A DNA stretch of 64,000 bases from Okamejei kenojei. Taxonomy: Eukaryota. Positions 22,672 through 36,348 of this stretch are shown here, piece after piece (position 1 is the first letter of the stretch; the number at the start of each line of letters is the position of its first letter). A program made the translations under genes and the position numbers. A model generated the notes under the pieces. It was not told the origin of the DNA and did no database searches. It saw only the letters and a program-made list of their open reading frames with translations. Where the stretch lies: the NCBI GenBank assembly GCA_035221665.1, contig CM069155.1, forward strand, positions 29,760,001 through 29,824,000. The letters are read 5' to 3'.

Positions 22672-24560
22672 GTGTTTGAGTAAAAGAAGCTCACTAATAC
22701 AAGATATAAGCATGCTGTTCGCTTCATCTGTAAACATAAGCAAACTATGAGGGCTGATTCCATGGCTAAGACGCTGCTAAGTAACAATGATACTGATTTT
22801 TGGAAAGACGTGAGAGCTCTTAACAGTTGTAAAACATCTCTACCATGCACCGTAGATGGAATCTCCAGATCAGCTCATGTCGCACAGTTATGGCAACATT
22901 AAATAACGTTATGACAACATTATAGCACTTTATTCAACTGTGTCCAAGGTGATTTGTATAGGGCGGACAATATTGAGAGTAATGACTCAGTGGTGATTAT
23001 GTCACATGAGGTGTATCATGTCATGCACAAGTTGTCCAACAACAAAGCAAGTGGCTTGGATCATATTTCTGCTGAACAGCTTAAGTATGCGAGTATAAGG
23101 ATAGCTCCTCTACTTGCTATTTTCTTTACTGTCTTTATGATTCATTGTTACCAGCCTCAATGTTGTCTGTTCTGCTACTGCTGGTCATTAAGGACAAAGC
23201 TGGTAAAGTAGGTAGCCTAAATAATTACAGGTCCATAGCTTTAGCCAGCATATTGTCAAAAGGCTTAGATATTATTCTGCTGGATAGAGTAAATGAGTTT
23301 GTTAACTCCACAGATAACCCGTTTTGGTTTAAAGCTAAACATGGCACTGACTTGTGCATATATGACCTAAAGGAGATTGTAAACAAATATAGAGCAAAAA
23401 CTCTTCAATTATTACGTGCTTTATTGATGCTGTTTGTTAACTGCATAGAAAGCTGTTTGCTAAAACGAGTCAAAGAGGGGTGCCTAAATAGATTGTGAGA
23501 ATTCTGGTTTACTGTTATGCGCACCAGATTATGCAAATAAAATGGGGCAATAGGGTCTCACACCCTTTTGGGGTTGCCAATGGTGTTAGACAAGGGGGGA
23601 TTTTGTCCCCAGTCCTTTTTAATCTTTATATTGATGATCTGTCCAAGCAAGTGAAAGCCTGTAATACTGGGTGCATGATTGGGAATATTTTAATGAACCA
23701 TACTATATATGCAGATGATCTTGTGGTCTTTAGTCCACCTATCGCTGGTCTCCAGCAGCTCCTTACCATATGATCTGTGTATCGTGTGGAATATGATATT
23801 AAATATACTGCTTGTAAGAGTGCTGTTCTATAGAACCAAAGAGTATAAATGTCTAAGATTTCTTGATTATAAATTGTCTGACAATAATCTTAATGTCTGT
23901 AATAAGGTAAAATGTCTTGGGCATGTTATTACAGAACAAACGACAGATGATGAGGATATGTATAGGCAACGACTATGCTGAAGCTACAGGCGAATATTCC
24001 CCTGCGTAAGTTTGGTGTGTGTGCAGATGTGGTGAAGATGTCCCTACTTAGAGCATATTGCACACCACTCTATACTGCACACCTGTGGTCGAACTACGGA
24101 AAGAGAAGTTTGCAGAGATTAAAGGTGGCCCATGATAATGCCACGAGAACACTGCTAAGGAAACCAAGATGGTGTAGTGCTAGTAACATTTTTGTGGCTG
24201 CAGGAGTCAGTACTTTAGAAGCTATCCTAAGAAATCATATGTATAAATTCATTGGCAGGATAGATGACTCTACTAATGTAATTACCCTGGCTTTGGCAAA
24301 CATAAGGTTTCGCACTACACGCTACGGATCCAAGTTGTGGAAACACTGGTATCGCAGTCTCGTTGTAGGACATTGATCTATTTATTCTGGATTTAAAATC
24401 ATGTATTGTGGTTTTTTTTAATATATAATTTGTGATGCATTTATGTGATATACTAAGATGTTACATGTATTTTATGGTGGTTTTTATATGCAATGTATTT
24501 TTATGTAATGTTGTCCCTTGTTTGGACCTTGAGTCCGAAATAAAGTTTATTATTATTATC
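22672..24560 (+). mobile_element. Same RTE-X-like retrotransposon, copy 2 (duplicated with the unit)
   Basis: ORFs 23145-24376 with GVRQGGILSP and YADD; same flanks as copy 1. Confidence 0.8.
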
Positions 24561-26334
24561 ATATCATTTGTGCTGACATTTGTGCAGCCGTTCCAGGACA
24601 TCCTAGATCATTGCATCAAACCGGCAACAGTCCATCCATGAGGCCTATTTGCTCCTGTCTGTCCCCGTCACTAACGTGATTTATCACAATCACTCTGTCT
24701 GGCTTCATACCGCTGCACATCAGAGACAGGACCAGTGCCACAGACCTGACTATTGCTGCTGTCCCCTCAACAGTTGCAAAAGAACATAGCAGATTTGCAG
24801 GGGAATGCCTACGGGGGATTCCTGAACCCTCTGCCTATTCCCTTTGCTGGTGATCACCCATCTATTCTTTGTCCTCGCCACAGGTGTGAGCACCTTACTA
24901 TGACTGCAAACTATGACTTGCTCACTCTCTGGACGAACACGAGGTCACCCAATTGCAACTGCAGTTCACTAATCTTTCAGGAGCTGCACCTGGACGCACC
25001 TCCTGCAGATGTATGTTCAGAGACACTACGTCTACTTCAGTTCCAAAATCCCACAGGCTGAGCAGACTTGCCTCCAAGCTGTGACACTTGCCCGCAAATA
25101 ACGATAGAGGTATTTCAGATAACCATAACTCAGAACAGCAATATATTCTGGACTACAGTAACTTAATGTGGAAAACAACTGAAGGCATGATCGAATTCTC
25201 TGTGGCAAAAAAAAAACAGAACAATCAATGGTATGGATAAGGTAATGTGACTGTGTATGCCACCTCAAGATCAGATCATATGAAATTAAAATATATTGTA
25301 AAGACACCGAAGCTGAGGTTGAGGATACACACCCTTGTTTGCAACACGACAGTGGTGGTCCTTAGAAATCAGAACCAGACCCAATTCTGCCTACTCTCTG
25401 TTTCATGATAGCTAGCATTCGATTCACGATAGCATATGACCTCTAGTACATGCATAATTTTCCTTCTTTGGACAATACACATTAAAGAAATACTACTTCG
25501 CCAAAATACATCTAATATCATTTATGATCACAGGCCTGTGAAAGGAATAGGCGTGATAGATAAAATAATATCCAGGAGTGCTTTCTGTGCCAGTGCTAGA
25601 CCCACTGACAATAAATGAAGCCGGGTAAGAGGATGAAGCTTCAGTGGCCTGACATTTTGAGGGTCCGAAACCATTGCATTGTATCCTTAAAGTGTGCATA
25701 AGAAGGGGTAAGAAAAGTCCCGAAATTAGGTTTCTGAATTGCAAGAAGGTTGATTTCAATAGCATTGTAAGTAAATTCTGGAATGGTATTCCTAGTGGGT
25801 TGGAGCTGTATCTTAGCCAAAAGGACTGCACAAATTCCAGAGTAGGTTGGCCTTAACTATTACAGAGTCCACATCACATCCCTATATTAAACGTATTAGG
25901 GATCATAGTCTTCTGGCCTTTCATCTTTACCTGAAATTGCACTGCCACAAAATCTCCGGGTTAACCTACGGAAACGGATTGCTTCTCGACCAGGCTGCCC
26001 TGGTAATGCTACCCCTCGCTGAGCCATCACAATGTATGCAGTTTTGCTGCAACCGAGCAATTTGGAAGAGCAGTTCGCTTACAGGAAACATTCCACACAG
26101 AAGTGAATGTTTGTTAGTCATTAACCCCGTTATTCTTCAGCTGTGGCTTCTATGCAATGTACATCTTCCCTCCGTAAAACGATAAAACTATATTTAAATA
26201 CCTAATCTTAGTTATTTTAGAGAATATCTAGATAGCTTTAATATTTCATCTCCATTAATGTGTTAATGTGATAAACGTCTACTTCATAGTCAAAGTGCTA
26301 GTGTAATTCAGCAGATCGGGCAGCAACTTTGGAG

Positions 26335-26493
26335 NNNNNNNNNNNNNNNNNNNNNNNNNNNNNNNNNNNNNNNNNNNNNNNNNNNNNNNNNNNNNNNNNN
26401 NNNNNNNNNNNNNNNNNNNNNNNNNNNNNNNNNNNNNNNNNNNNNNNNNNNNNNNNNNNNNNNNNNNNNNNNNNNNNNNNNNNNNNNNNNNNN
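26335..26493. other. Assembly gap (159 N)
   Basis: Run of N; the paralogous interval in unit 1 (~10087-10412) contains the CT microsatellite. Confidence 1.
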
Positions 26494-28562
26494 TTCGCGC
26501 GTAGAGTTCCACTATGGATCATGCAGAAATAATATTCTGCAAAACGCCAACAAGACGAGTAGAACAGCTCTACTACCCTATCATCTGCTTTTGTTTCCAA
26601 AACCAAAAGCTCCATCGATACGCCAAATTTTATTAAACATTGATAGCAAGGTGAGCATTAGTATGCGCTGGTAAACGTCTTGAATCACTGAAGTATTCTG
26701 GCGATAGGACCCAAATCCTGCTATTAGAAAGTGATTTCCAAGAATTGGGCCCAACAATCGCAAAGCAATGCAATGTATTTCAAACTCAACATCGGCTGTG
26801 ACTTGTCTAGCAAGAGAGGTGCTCCTATGCACACCCTTTGCTCTTACCCTGATTAGGCAAAGGAGATGTTGTCCGTGTGTCCTAGGCATAATTGTAATGC
26901 ATTTTGCGTATTGCCAAGAGAGTCGTCCCAATATATTGTTACTTGGCAGGGGATGAATATTTAGAGTGAGAAAAGTATCAAAGAGCGGATTACTTTCTTC
27001 TGGATGTAGTTGAACTACTTGCTATTTGTTTTACCAGCATGGGGAATTGTCCAATGCATCCACTTTATGTAAAGCGTTCATGTGGGGAGATCATAGGACA
27101 ACTTAGCAAAGGCAACGCACATTGGTAATAGGCTAGGTACGGGTGTCATGGTTGCGCACTGAAACATATTCTTATGTAATCAAAAATATTGTTAATGCCA
27201 GTTAAATGATGCATAATCGTACCACGGTATCATAGGAATGATTCCCCTGTTCCAACAGAGATAGCATTTCCGAAGTACCGAGGAGTAGAACAATTACGGA
27301 AACAATGTTTGAGACATTGATGCCTTTGCTTGACCTGTTTGCATGTCATCGATCTGAGGACTTTGATGAGGTGCGAGTATTAACTGACCAGGCACATCAG
27401 CAGAACAGCCCGGTCTCCTTTGGTCAATTACCAGCAAAATCGTTAGTCCAAATGGCAAAAATTTGAAAATGGAGACGTTTTTCTTTACTACATAGTAAAT
27501 AGTTCATAGTCTACATAGCTACATAGTTCATAGTCGTTAGCACCTTTTCACCAGGTATTACTACCCTGCAGGGTTAATCCATAAAGCGAAAGGAGCGCTG
27601 TCGCGACAACTAGCGCAATTGGGTTGCGATGTAAAATCTGCGTACATCAGATCAAGTATAAAGCAACGCTGGTTGCAGGTAAATATAATTTCATATGTCA
27701 GATGAAGTTGGACAGAATTAATATTACAGCAATGCAAGCACGTGCAGATGTCGACGTATTTAATATAACAAACTCGCCAGCAACTCCCGGGTCGATTAAA
27801 CATGTTTCTTTATTTTCTCAATTGCCAATTGCTCGTGCTAAGCCAGTGAACATGTGTAATTATGGAAAGCTGCTAGCAAGCATGCTTTCCAGAATTACAG
27901 TGCTTTGGACGGTGCATTGACACGCAAATTTGCAAATTCGTAAATAATTGTGCAGATAATTGCTTCTTCACATTGCGCTTTAAAAGATATCCTACACACC
28001 ATCTTCACCAGAATATTTACCAGTTTCAAATAAAATGTGGGTGTGCAACTTAAACGGTGAAGGTACATGTCGCGTACAGTAGTGCGAGACCATGAGATCG
28101 GATTCTTCAGCCCCTGTTGGACTGCATCCCTTCATTTTTCAAGAGTGAATGAACAGTCGCCAGAAATTATGATAAGGTTATTCGATTAATTTATTTGAAG
28201 GCGCATGCCGTACAATTGCGCAGCGAAACATTCAGAATAAATGAAAAGGAATAATTCAACACCTCCTTTCAAACGAAACAAAGTCTCTTATGTGCTTGAG
28301 TCTATATTAAATTGTACCGAGGTACAAATGTACCGAGATAAATTGTACCGAGATATTCGACACCAAATCCTTATTTACCTTGGATAAAATTTGACACAGG
28401 ACGAATCTGGCAGATTCTGATTGGCGCAACTCACATTCTAATTTGACTGTTGAGGGATAGATAAAGAACTCGCGGTGACGCCTTGTCATACGGTTCATAA
28501 GCGACCCGGAGAGAAACACTGAGAAGCCACTTCACCTGTCGTTCTCCGCTCAATTAATTACA

Positions 28563-28611
28563 ATGTCTTGCTGGATCTCTCTAGTCTACGCGTTAGCGTT
28601 TTCCGCAGTTT
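28563..28611 (+). CDS. IGL: IgL cluster 2 leader exon
   Basis: Identical to the cluster 1 leader; GTGAGT at 28612. Confidence 0.92.
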
Positions 28612-31253
28612 GTGAGTATTTACTTCAACCGACATAATATTCAATCTCGAGTACGATTAAACCTTTCTATCCATGACGATTTTGCTGCTTCTCTGATATT
28701 AGTTAATATTCTACTTTTTTCGGTTTGTTTTCCAGATATAAATGCGCAATTTGCAGTAAATCAGCCATCTTCAAAATCCACATCTCTGGGACAGGACGTG
28801 GAAATAGCCTGTACTCTGTCTGGCGGCAGTTTAGGTAGCAGCACCGTTTCCTGGTACCAGCAGATTCCACGAACGGTTCCGCGGTATTTGTTCTGCTATT
28901 GGTCGGGCAGCAGCATTTACAGAGGCTCGGGAGTTTCCGAACGTTTCTCCGGATCAGTGTCAGGCAACACTGCAACATTGAGAATATCGAACGTGCAGTC
29001 GGGGGACGCAGCGGATTACTACTGCGCTGTGTGGAAAGATGCTTTAATATTCGGCAAAGGAACGAGGCTGGGTATTGGCAGTAAGTAAAATACCTTCTAT
29101 CTTTGGGTCGACACAAAAAGCTGGTGTGCCGCAGCGAGACAGGCAGCATCTCTGCAGAGAAGGAAAGGGTTGGAGGAAGGAACTGCAGATGTTGGTTTAA
29201 ACCGAAGACAGGCACAACAAGCTGCATAGGCAGCATCTCTGGAGGAAATGAATGGGTCTGCAGATCCTTTCTGCATATTCTATCTTTGGGTTAATGATAT
29301 AGCAGTGAAAAGTAATTGGTTTTCTGTCGCTAATCGATGCTTCAATGAAAAAGCGTTTAACGCTAGTATGTTCAGCGTTCGACCAAAGTCGAGTTTCCTT
29401 TGGCAAATTATTAGACGTAGCTCTATCAAAGGGCCCAGTGTTAGGCCGGCTGTTTGTAATTTTTTACACTAAATAGCTAAAGTAAAGGGTATTTAAAGCT
29501 GATTTTTTTAAATTCCCTGCCACGATCGTGTCTTTTTTCGTAAATCAGTTGACAACAGCAAAGATAGGAAGAAACGGCTGTCCAACTGTTTTATTATTCT
29601 TAATTACTTTGCGGACGGCGAGCTAACAATTATCAAACCTGGATAAGAATTAGACAGAACGTAAGTGAACGGGAAATAATTTTGGAGGGACATGAAACTG
29701 CAGATGCTGGTTTTAAAAAAAGCCACAAAAAGCCATGTTCACCAGTGTTCACTCAGCGGGTCACTGGTGAACATGGATAGGTAAGTTTCGGTTCGGGAAA
29801 CTTCTTCAAATCAGTTTTGTTCCGTGTGACATCTCAAAACGCATTTTGCTGTTGTGCCATTAAGCGAAAGGAATAAGATTCGCTATTCCACTTCCGAAAT
29901 CTGAGCTGAATTATTACTTCAATGAGAAGAGACGGGTCGAGAAATGACAAACATATACGTTTCAGCATTAATGTAAATCATACCAACGACTATTTAACAT
30001 GCGAGAAAACGGTAAATTTAACGTTGCTGCAAATCTAGTCTGTTCATCGATGGCAAAAACGGCAAAAATATTCTTGTCGCTAAAATCCAACCATTAGTAA
30101 CATTTCGGTATCTGGTCTTAATAAATGAACAGATGAATTAAGGGAAGATATTTAAAGAAAAGTAAAGTTTTAAGCGAGTTTAGTGAAACTTTCGCTGCAA
30201 TGAAAACCTGCAACTGGCTGTCGGGTAAAACACTGTTTTTTTTTATTGTAGCTGAAGCCAATGGAAATAATACTCTGGAGATCAATTAAAAACACTACCG
30301 AAATAATATATGCGTATATTCTGTCCCATTGTCATAAATAGCAGTTACTTTTGGGGGATCTCACTTGGAACGAATGAATCCATGCAGGGCCGAATTAAGA
30401 CCCATATACGCCCGAAGCACTTAAAAGATGTTGGTGTCCCCATACATATGTAATTCAAAATATAAACAATAATAAACCATTAAAAAAATTATTATTTTTC
30501 TAAATGAAACAAAACTAACAGTAAGAAGGAAAATAATGTTTATTTTGTATACTTCCACTTTATTTATATTTGAAAATTTTTCTCATACTTTTTTTAATTG
30601 CAAAGTCTTTGATCAGATCCTCAAAATTAATCTTACGTAACACATCTGTTTCTATACTTAGTCGGGATAAGGGATCCAGCCTGCCTTGTTGCATAGTTGA
30701 AATTATATTTCAGATCGTATAAACCACTTCGAATATTATATTAGCAAGTTTAAAGTGATTTATTTTGTGCCGTAAACCATTTACCATTTCCCTTGATGCA
30801 CGAGCTTATTTTGCTTATTGGTTGATTTAGCCCTGAATCCATGCTATACCAACTGTATTTTTAACAAAGTTAATGTTTCAACCGAAGCAGTTCTGCTAGC
30901 CCGACTAATCTGTGACTTTATTTTAAATAGAACCTCAGCCCCCTGCGGTGTCCGTCCTTGGGCCTTCAGCGCAAGAAATGACGGGAAAGGGAACCGCCAC
31001 CCTTGTGTGCTTGGTAAACGGGTTTAATCCGGGTGCTGTGGAAATTGACTGGACTGTGGACGGCATTGCGAGAAGTGATGGCGTTGAGACCAGCCGGATC
31101 CAACAGGAGGCGGACAACACGTTCAGTGCGAGCAGTTACCTGACTCTGCCAGCCACAGTCTGGAACTCACACGACCTTTACTCCTGTGTGGTTAAACACG
31201 AGTCGCGGGCAAGCCCGGTGCAGGGAAACATCGCCAGGTCCGGCTGTCTGTAA
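28563..31253 (+). CDS. IGL: Ig light chain minicluster 2, germline-joined L-VJ-C (exons 28563-28611, 28736-29080, 30931-31253)
   Basis: Same exon sizes (49/345/323 nt) and splice sites as cluster 1; reading frame open. Confidence 0.95.
28736..29080 (+). CDS. IGLV: IgL cluster 2 fused V-J exon
   Basis: QFAVNQP...CTLSGGSLGSSTVSWYQQ...YYCAVWKDALIFGKGTRLGIG; GTAAGT at 29081. Confidence 0.95.
30385..30835 (-). mobile_element. Non-autonomous hAT DNA transposon in the cluster 2 J-C intron
   Basis: Imperfect TIRs CAGGGCCGAATTAA / TTGATTTAGCCCTG; 8-bp TSD AATCCATG (30377-30384, 30836-30843); minus-strand STMQQGRLDPLSRLSIETDVLRKINFEDLIKDFAIKK resembles a hAT dimerization-domain C-terminus. Confidence 0.88.
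30931..31253 (+). CDS. IGLC: IgL cluster 2 constant exon
   Basis: TAG acceptor ends at 30930; C1-set ORF to TAA at 31253. Confidence 0.95.
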
Positions 31254-33921
31254 AACTTATAGATTCCAACTAATCAAGCTGAAAAAATATATTTGCTCTG
31301 TCTTTCATTTGTCAAAAATTGATATTAAAATATTCTCTGTTATCCACTAGCATTTGCCTTAAAATTGTCCTTTGTCTCGCTGTTTGCAAACGTCATTCCA
31401 TCGAAGCAGCTGGTTGTGAATTGAAACTCCAATGTTATTTAATCTGTTAAATGCATTCCCAAATATTAATTAAAAGACAGTGGTCTAAAGATTATATTCA
31501 GGTTTATTTTGCTTACCCACATTACTAACATTTTCAAATACAACTCTCGACGAAAATCAATAATTCAATCTTAAGAGCAATACATTTGTTGGATTTTTAT
31601 TTCTGATCAGAGAAAATCAAATGTATTTAATCAACCTTCATTATTTTACCTCATGGAAGAACTAGTGATAAATGGTACCGAACGTTATGTTATAAACTGG
31701 TGTGATTATAAATTGGTTCACATAGTCGCGCGCGCGCACACGCACAGACACGTACACAATGGCGCGCTCATGTAGAAACGCATTCGAGGACAGACAGTAA
31801 TCGTTATATTTGACCTTGCTAATACTATTCACTTAGCAATTCCAAGCTATTTCATCGGTGAATAGTGGGGCTGGTGGGGAGTGAGAGTAATATGGTATTT
31901 CTGCCTTGCTATAGGGCGCTAGCACACATGGAGTGTCACCTATAGTTTTACTTTCTTCGCCTAATAGAGGTACTGAAGTTTTTGGTTGGTTCCTGCTGCG
32001 CTGATTAGCGGGATAAGTGCACGCTGCGAGGAACGACTGAGAAGTCTACCTTCTCATCCACTCCCTACACAGGTGGGGGTGGGGGGGTTACAGAGGCCAA
32101 TTAAACCATGAACCCGCAATATTTGGGATGTGGGAGGCAACCCGCGACACATGCGGAGAATGTGTAAACTCCTCACAGAAAGCACCCGAGCGCAGGATCG
32201 AACCCTGGTCTCTGGCGCTGTCGAGGCAGCTGCTCTACCAGGTGCGCCACTGTGCCGCCCCACAATATATAATATATCAGCCACTGTAATGTATAAAACC
32301 CTTAGTGGTCTTGGCAGGAACGGTGCAGACGTTATTTCTCCTGATTGATGAGTGCAAACTAAAGTTTGCAGTATCCGCAACGCGCAGAACTTATACAGCA
32401 CAGCACACGAACAAGCCTTTCGGCACTCCATGTCTTTGCCGACATGATGCCAAAACCAAATCGTATTTGCATGCACGTGATCCGTATCCAGAAGTCTTAC
32501 AAATGCCACTGTTGCTTGTGCCGCCACCACCACCCTCGCCAACGCCTTCCGGGTCCTCACCAACCTCTGTATATAAAATGTCCATGCGTCTCTCGCCTTA
32601 AAGCTATGTCCTCTAGTCCACGATATTTCCATTCCGGGTGGAAATGGTAATGATTCTCTGCCCTATCTATGACTCTCATAATTTTACATATTTATAGCAG
32701 GTCTCCCCTTATCGTCAACGGTTACAGAGAAAACAACCCAATTCTGTCCAACCTCTGCTCGTAGTTAATACCCCTAATTCAAGTATCATGCTGGTAAACA
32801 CCCTCTGCGCCTTCTCGAAGGCCTCCACTTCCATCTAGTATTGGGGCGACAGGAAATGATGGCTGTACACAAAATGCAGCCTAACACAAGTCTTAATAGT
32901 AGCTTCATAATGCGCCTGTCCTTATCCTGAATGCCCTGCCCAATGAAGGAAAACATAAAATATGCGTTCTCACCACTCAGTATAGTAGTGTTGCCACTGA
33001 GGGAGACATAGAATTGGCTCCCAAAATTCCTCTGTACATCAATACTGTTTTTATTAATCGAAAGCAGACACAAAATGCTGGAGTAACTCAGCGTGTCAGG
33101 GAGCATCTCGTATATTTCCCCTTACAATCGACCCCTCCCCCAGCACTTCAAGGCTCTGGTTAATCTGCAACTATCATTTAATCTCTCATTTTTATACTTA
33201 GTCTCTATCCTGCTGTATACTTTGACAGCCTTCCTCTCTGTCCGCAACCCAAACAATCTAGCTGCCACCTGTAAACTTATTAACTGCTGGAGAAGGCGCA
33301 GAGATCTTTGTCATGGCTACTGCAAACTTGTCTTTTGTGTCTCTCAATAATCTGTCCATTCAAGCACACTGCCCCTCAAGACACCCAACATCTACTTCTT
33401 AATCACACGGTGCCCTTGCATATGAATATTCGCCACATTGATCTCACTCTCCTCCTTGTCCTTCTCCTTGGTGAAAAGACATACAACGTACTCATGTAAT
33501 ACCTCGCCTATATCCCTTGACACAAAGCACACGTTCAACCCATGACTCCCAGTGAAGTCTTGAACAACTTACCTATTCCTTCTTCTTATATTCCTGGTTT
33601 GAATTTGGCAAAACGGAGACACGTGACAATAATAATAAACCGCAAACAAACTCAGAAATGAATTTTGTGACCATGACCGTGACACGAAACCACTAGATCT
33701 CAATGGAGTTTGCCTCTCGACAAGGCCCCTCCTATAATGTTCAACTGCATGGAAGGCCTTCGCTTGATTCCTTTTTGACATATCCGATAATATCAATAAT
33801 ATCGCAGCAATTAACTCCCTCTCTAAAATCTCATTATTTTGTGAGCCCTGAAGGTAACACTGAGTCCTTATATTCCATAGTTATGTGCTGGCCTTGACAC
33901 CAAACCCCAAGACGCAAATGC

Positions 33922-34371
33922 ATAGACACATAGAAACATAGAGGAAAGCTTCAAAAGACTATTTACTGGAGTTTAGAAGGATGAGGAGGTATCTTATAGA
34001 AGCATATAAAATTATAAAAGGACTGGACAAGCTAGATGCAGGAAAAATGTTCCCAATGTTGGGCGAGCCCAGAACCAGGGGCCCAGTCTTAGAATAAAGG
34101 AGAGGGCATTTAAGACTGAGGTGGGAAAAAACATTTTCACCCAGATAGTTGTGAATTTATGGAATTCCCTGCCACAGAGGGCAGTGGAGGCCAAGTCACT
34201 GGATGGATTTAAAAGAGAGTTAGATAGAGCTCAGTGGGGCTAGCGGAGTCAAGGGATATGGGGAGAAGGCAGGGACGGGTTATTGATAGGGACACCAGCC
34301 ATGATCACAATTAATGGCGGTGCTGGCTCGAAGGGCCGATTCACCTCCTCCTGCACCTATTTTCTATGTTT
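33922..34371 (+). mobile_element. CR1 3' fragment, unit-specific
   Basis: LEFRRM...YKIIKGLDKLDAGKMFPMLG region and TTTCTATG tail; preceded by an inverted tail remnant CATAGAAACATAG. Confidence 0.75.
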
Positions 34372-36060
34372 CCTCGTTAACTCCACGTCCTTCACCACCA
34401 GAAAGCTCGGCAAGATTAATAGCTCATTGTGAATTGCCTATAATTGTGTACAACAATCCTAATTTATCTCATTCTTCTGAGTCTCACTGTTAAGTCAGCG
34501 CTTCGGCAACTCAAGGTAGATAAGGAGCACAAATTGAAGACAACGAGAACCACATCTGCTGGAATCACAAGCTGCTGGAGTACTCGGCGGGTCAGGTAGC
34601 AATTGTAACATAAATGGATAGGCGACGTTTAAGTCAGATGATGCGTGACCCGTTGAGATACTAGATCACTTTGTGTTTTACTTAAGCATAAATAATTACC
34701 CAACTCAATATACTAAATTTCACTAACTACAGAAAATATATGCCCATTCCCCATTCCTCATATTGTAAAGATAACATTCCCACAGTTTTTCATGACTATT
34801 CGCCAAATTGCAACATTTTCTTCAGCAACTCCGAAATCTTATTTGACCTGCAAAGTCCCATGGATTCGTCAGACCAAACCTTTTCATCCAAAGTGGTCGG
34901 GATCTCCCTGTATAACAGGTCAACGTCAATTTAATCTTCACCGTTTATTGAAACATTTAAGATTATTAAGGGTTTCGACACGCTAGAGGCAGTAAACATG
35001 TTCCCGATGTTGGGGGAGTCCAGAACCAGGGGCCGCAGTTTAAGAACTAGGGGTAAGCTACTTAGAACGGAGATGAGGAAACACTTTTCCAGGCAGAGAG
35101 TTGTGTCTGTGGCATTATCTGCCTCAGAGGACGGTGGAGGCCGGTTCTCTGGAAACTTTCAAGAGATTGCTAGATAGGGCTCTTGAACACAGCGGAGTCA
35201 GGGTAGAAGGCAGGAACGGGGTACTGATTGTGGATGATCAGCCATGCTCACATTGAATGGCGGTCCTGGCTTGAAGGGCTGTGTGGTCTACTCCGGCACC
35301 TATTGTCCATTGTCTATTGTCTATTACACAGCCATGCCGATCGCTAACTAGCTCATTCTCCTTCAAATCTCAATTAATTATCTCCAATAGCTTCCTACCA
35401 CTGACGTGAGTCTCACCAGCCTCTATTTCCCTGGATTCGTTCTACGTCTCAATCAACAAAGGAACAACTGGTCATTTTCCAGTGCTCTCCTGTGGATAGA
35501 GAAGAAACAACGATTCTTGTCAAGACCCCTGGAATCACCTCTCGCCTTCGTCAATGAATTGGGATAGATACCAACGGGTGCAGAGCACGTATCCAATTCA
35601 ATGTTCTTCAAGACCCTCACTGACATTCTTTTCGATCTCAAGCCCCAGCATATGCGCCCTAGCATATTTGTATTCTCCACACTGATCTCACCGTCATCCA
35701 CTTCTTTCTCCATGGTGAATATAGATGCAAAACACACTCATTTAACAATTCATCTACATCCTTTATCCTTGATCAGACCTATCGTATACCTTGACAACAT
35801 TCTTGTTTTTAACATATGTATAAAAAGCCGCAGGATTTTCTTAAACCGAACTCATCAATTTCATAACCAGTTTTGGCCCAACTAATCAACCGGTTGAGCT
35901 CTTTGCTACTTGTCATTCCTCATAGTACCCGTATGATGCCACCTTGTTAAATCTGACATACGCTTCCATTTTGTTTCTGAAAATTTTTATAACCTACATT
36001 GTCATTCACGGATCCCTTACCATGCAATCGTTATCCATCCTCCTTACTGGAACATGCATG

Positions 36061-36348
36061 AGAGGCCCACAGGAGCCGTTGGAGGAAGAGAAGGAGGGGG
36101 AGGAGCGACACCCGACCGGTAAGGATAAAAATCGAGCGCGGGGCTTGTTTTTCCAGAGGCCCACAGGAGCCGTTGGAGGAAGAGAAGGAGGGGGAGGAGC
36201 GACACCCGACCGGTAAGGATAAAAATCGAGCGCGGGGCTTGTTTTTCCAGAGGCCCACAGGAGCCGTTGGAGGAAGAGAAGGAGGGGGAGGAGCGACACC
36301 CGACCGGTAAGGATAAAAATCAAGCGCGGGGCTTGTTTTTCCAGAGGC
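36061..36348 (+). repeat. 3 x 94-bp tandem repeat in the CR1 5' UTR
   Basis: Near-identical monomers start at 36061, 36155 and 36249. Confidence 0.95.

Noticed and set aside
32465-32472. Perfect octamer ATTTGCAT downstream of C2
   Set aside because: Paralogous sites read ATCTGCGT and it lies in decayed repeat sequence; probably chance.
36061-36348. Tandem repeats as a CRISPR-like array
   Set aside because: Contiguous identical monomers without spacers, eukaryotic context, part of a CR1 5' UTR.
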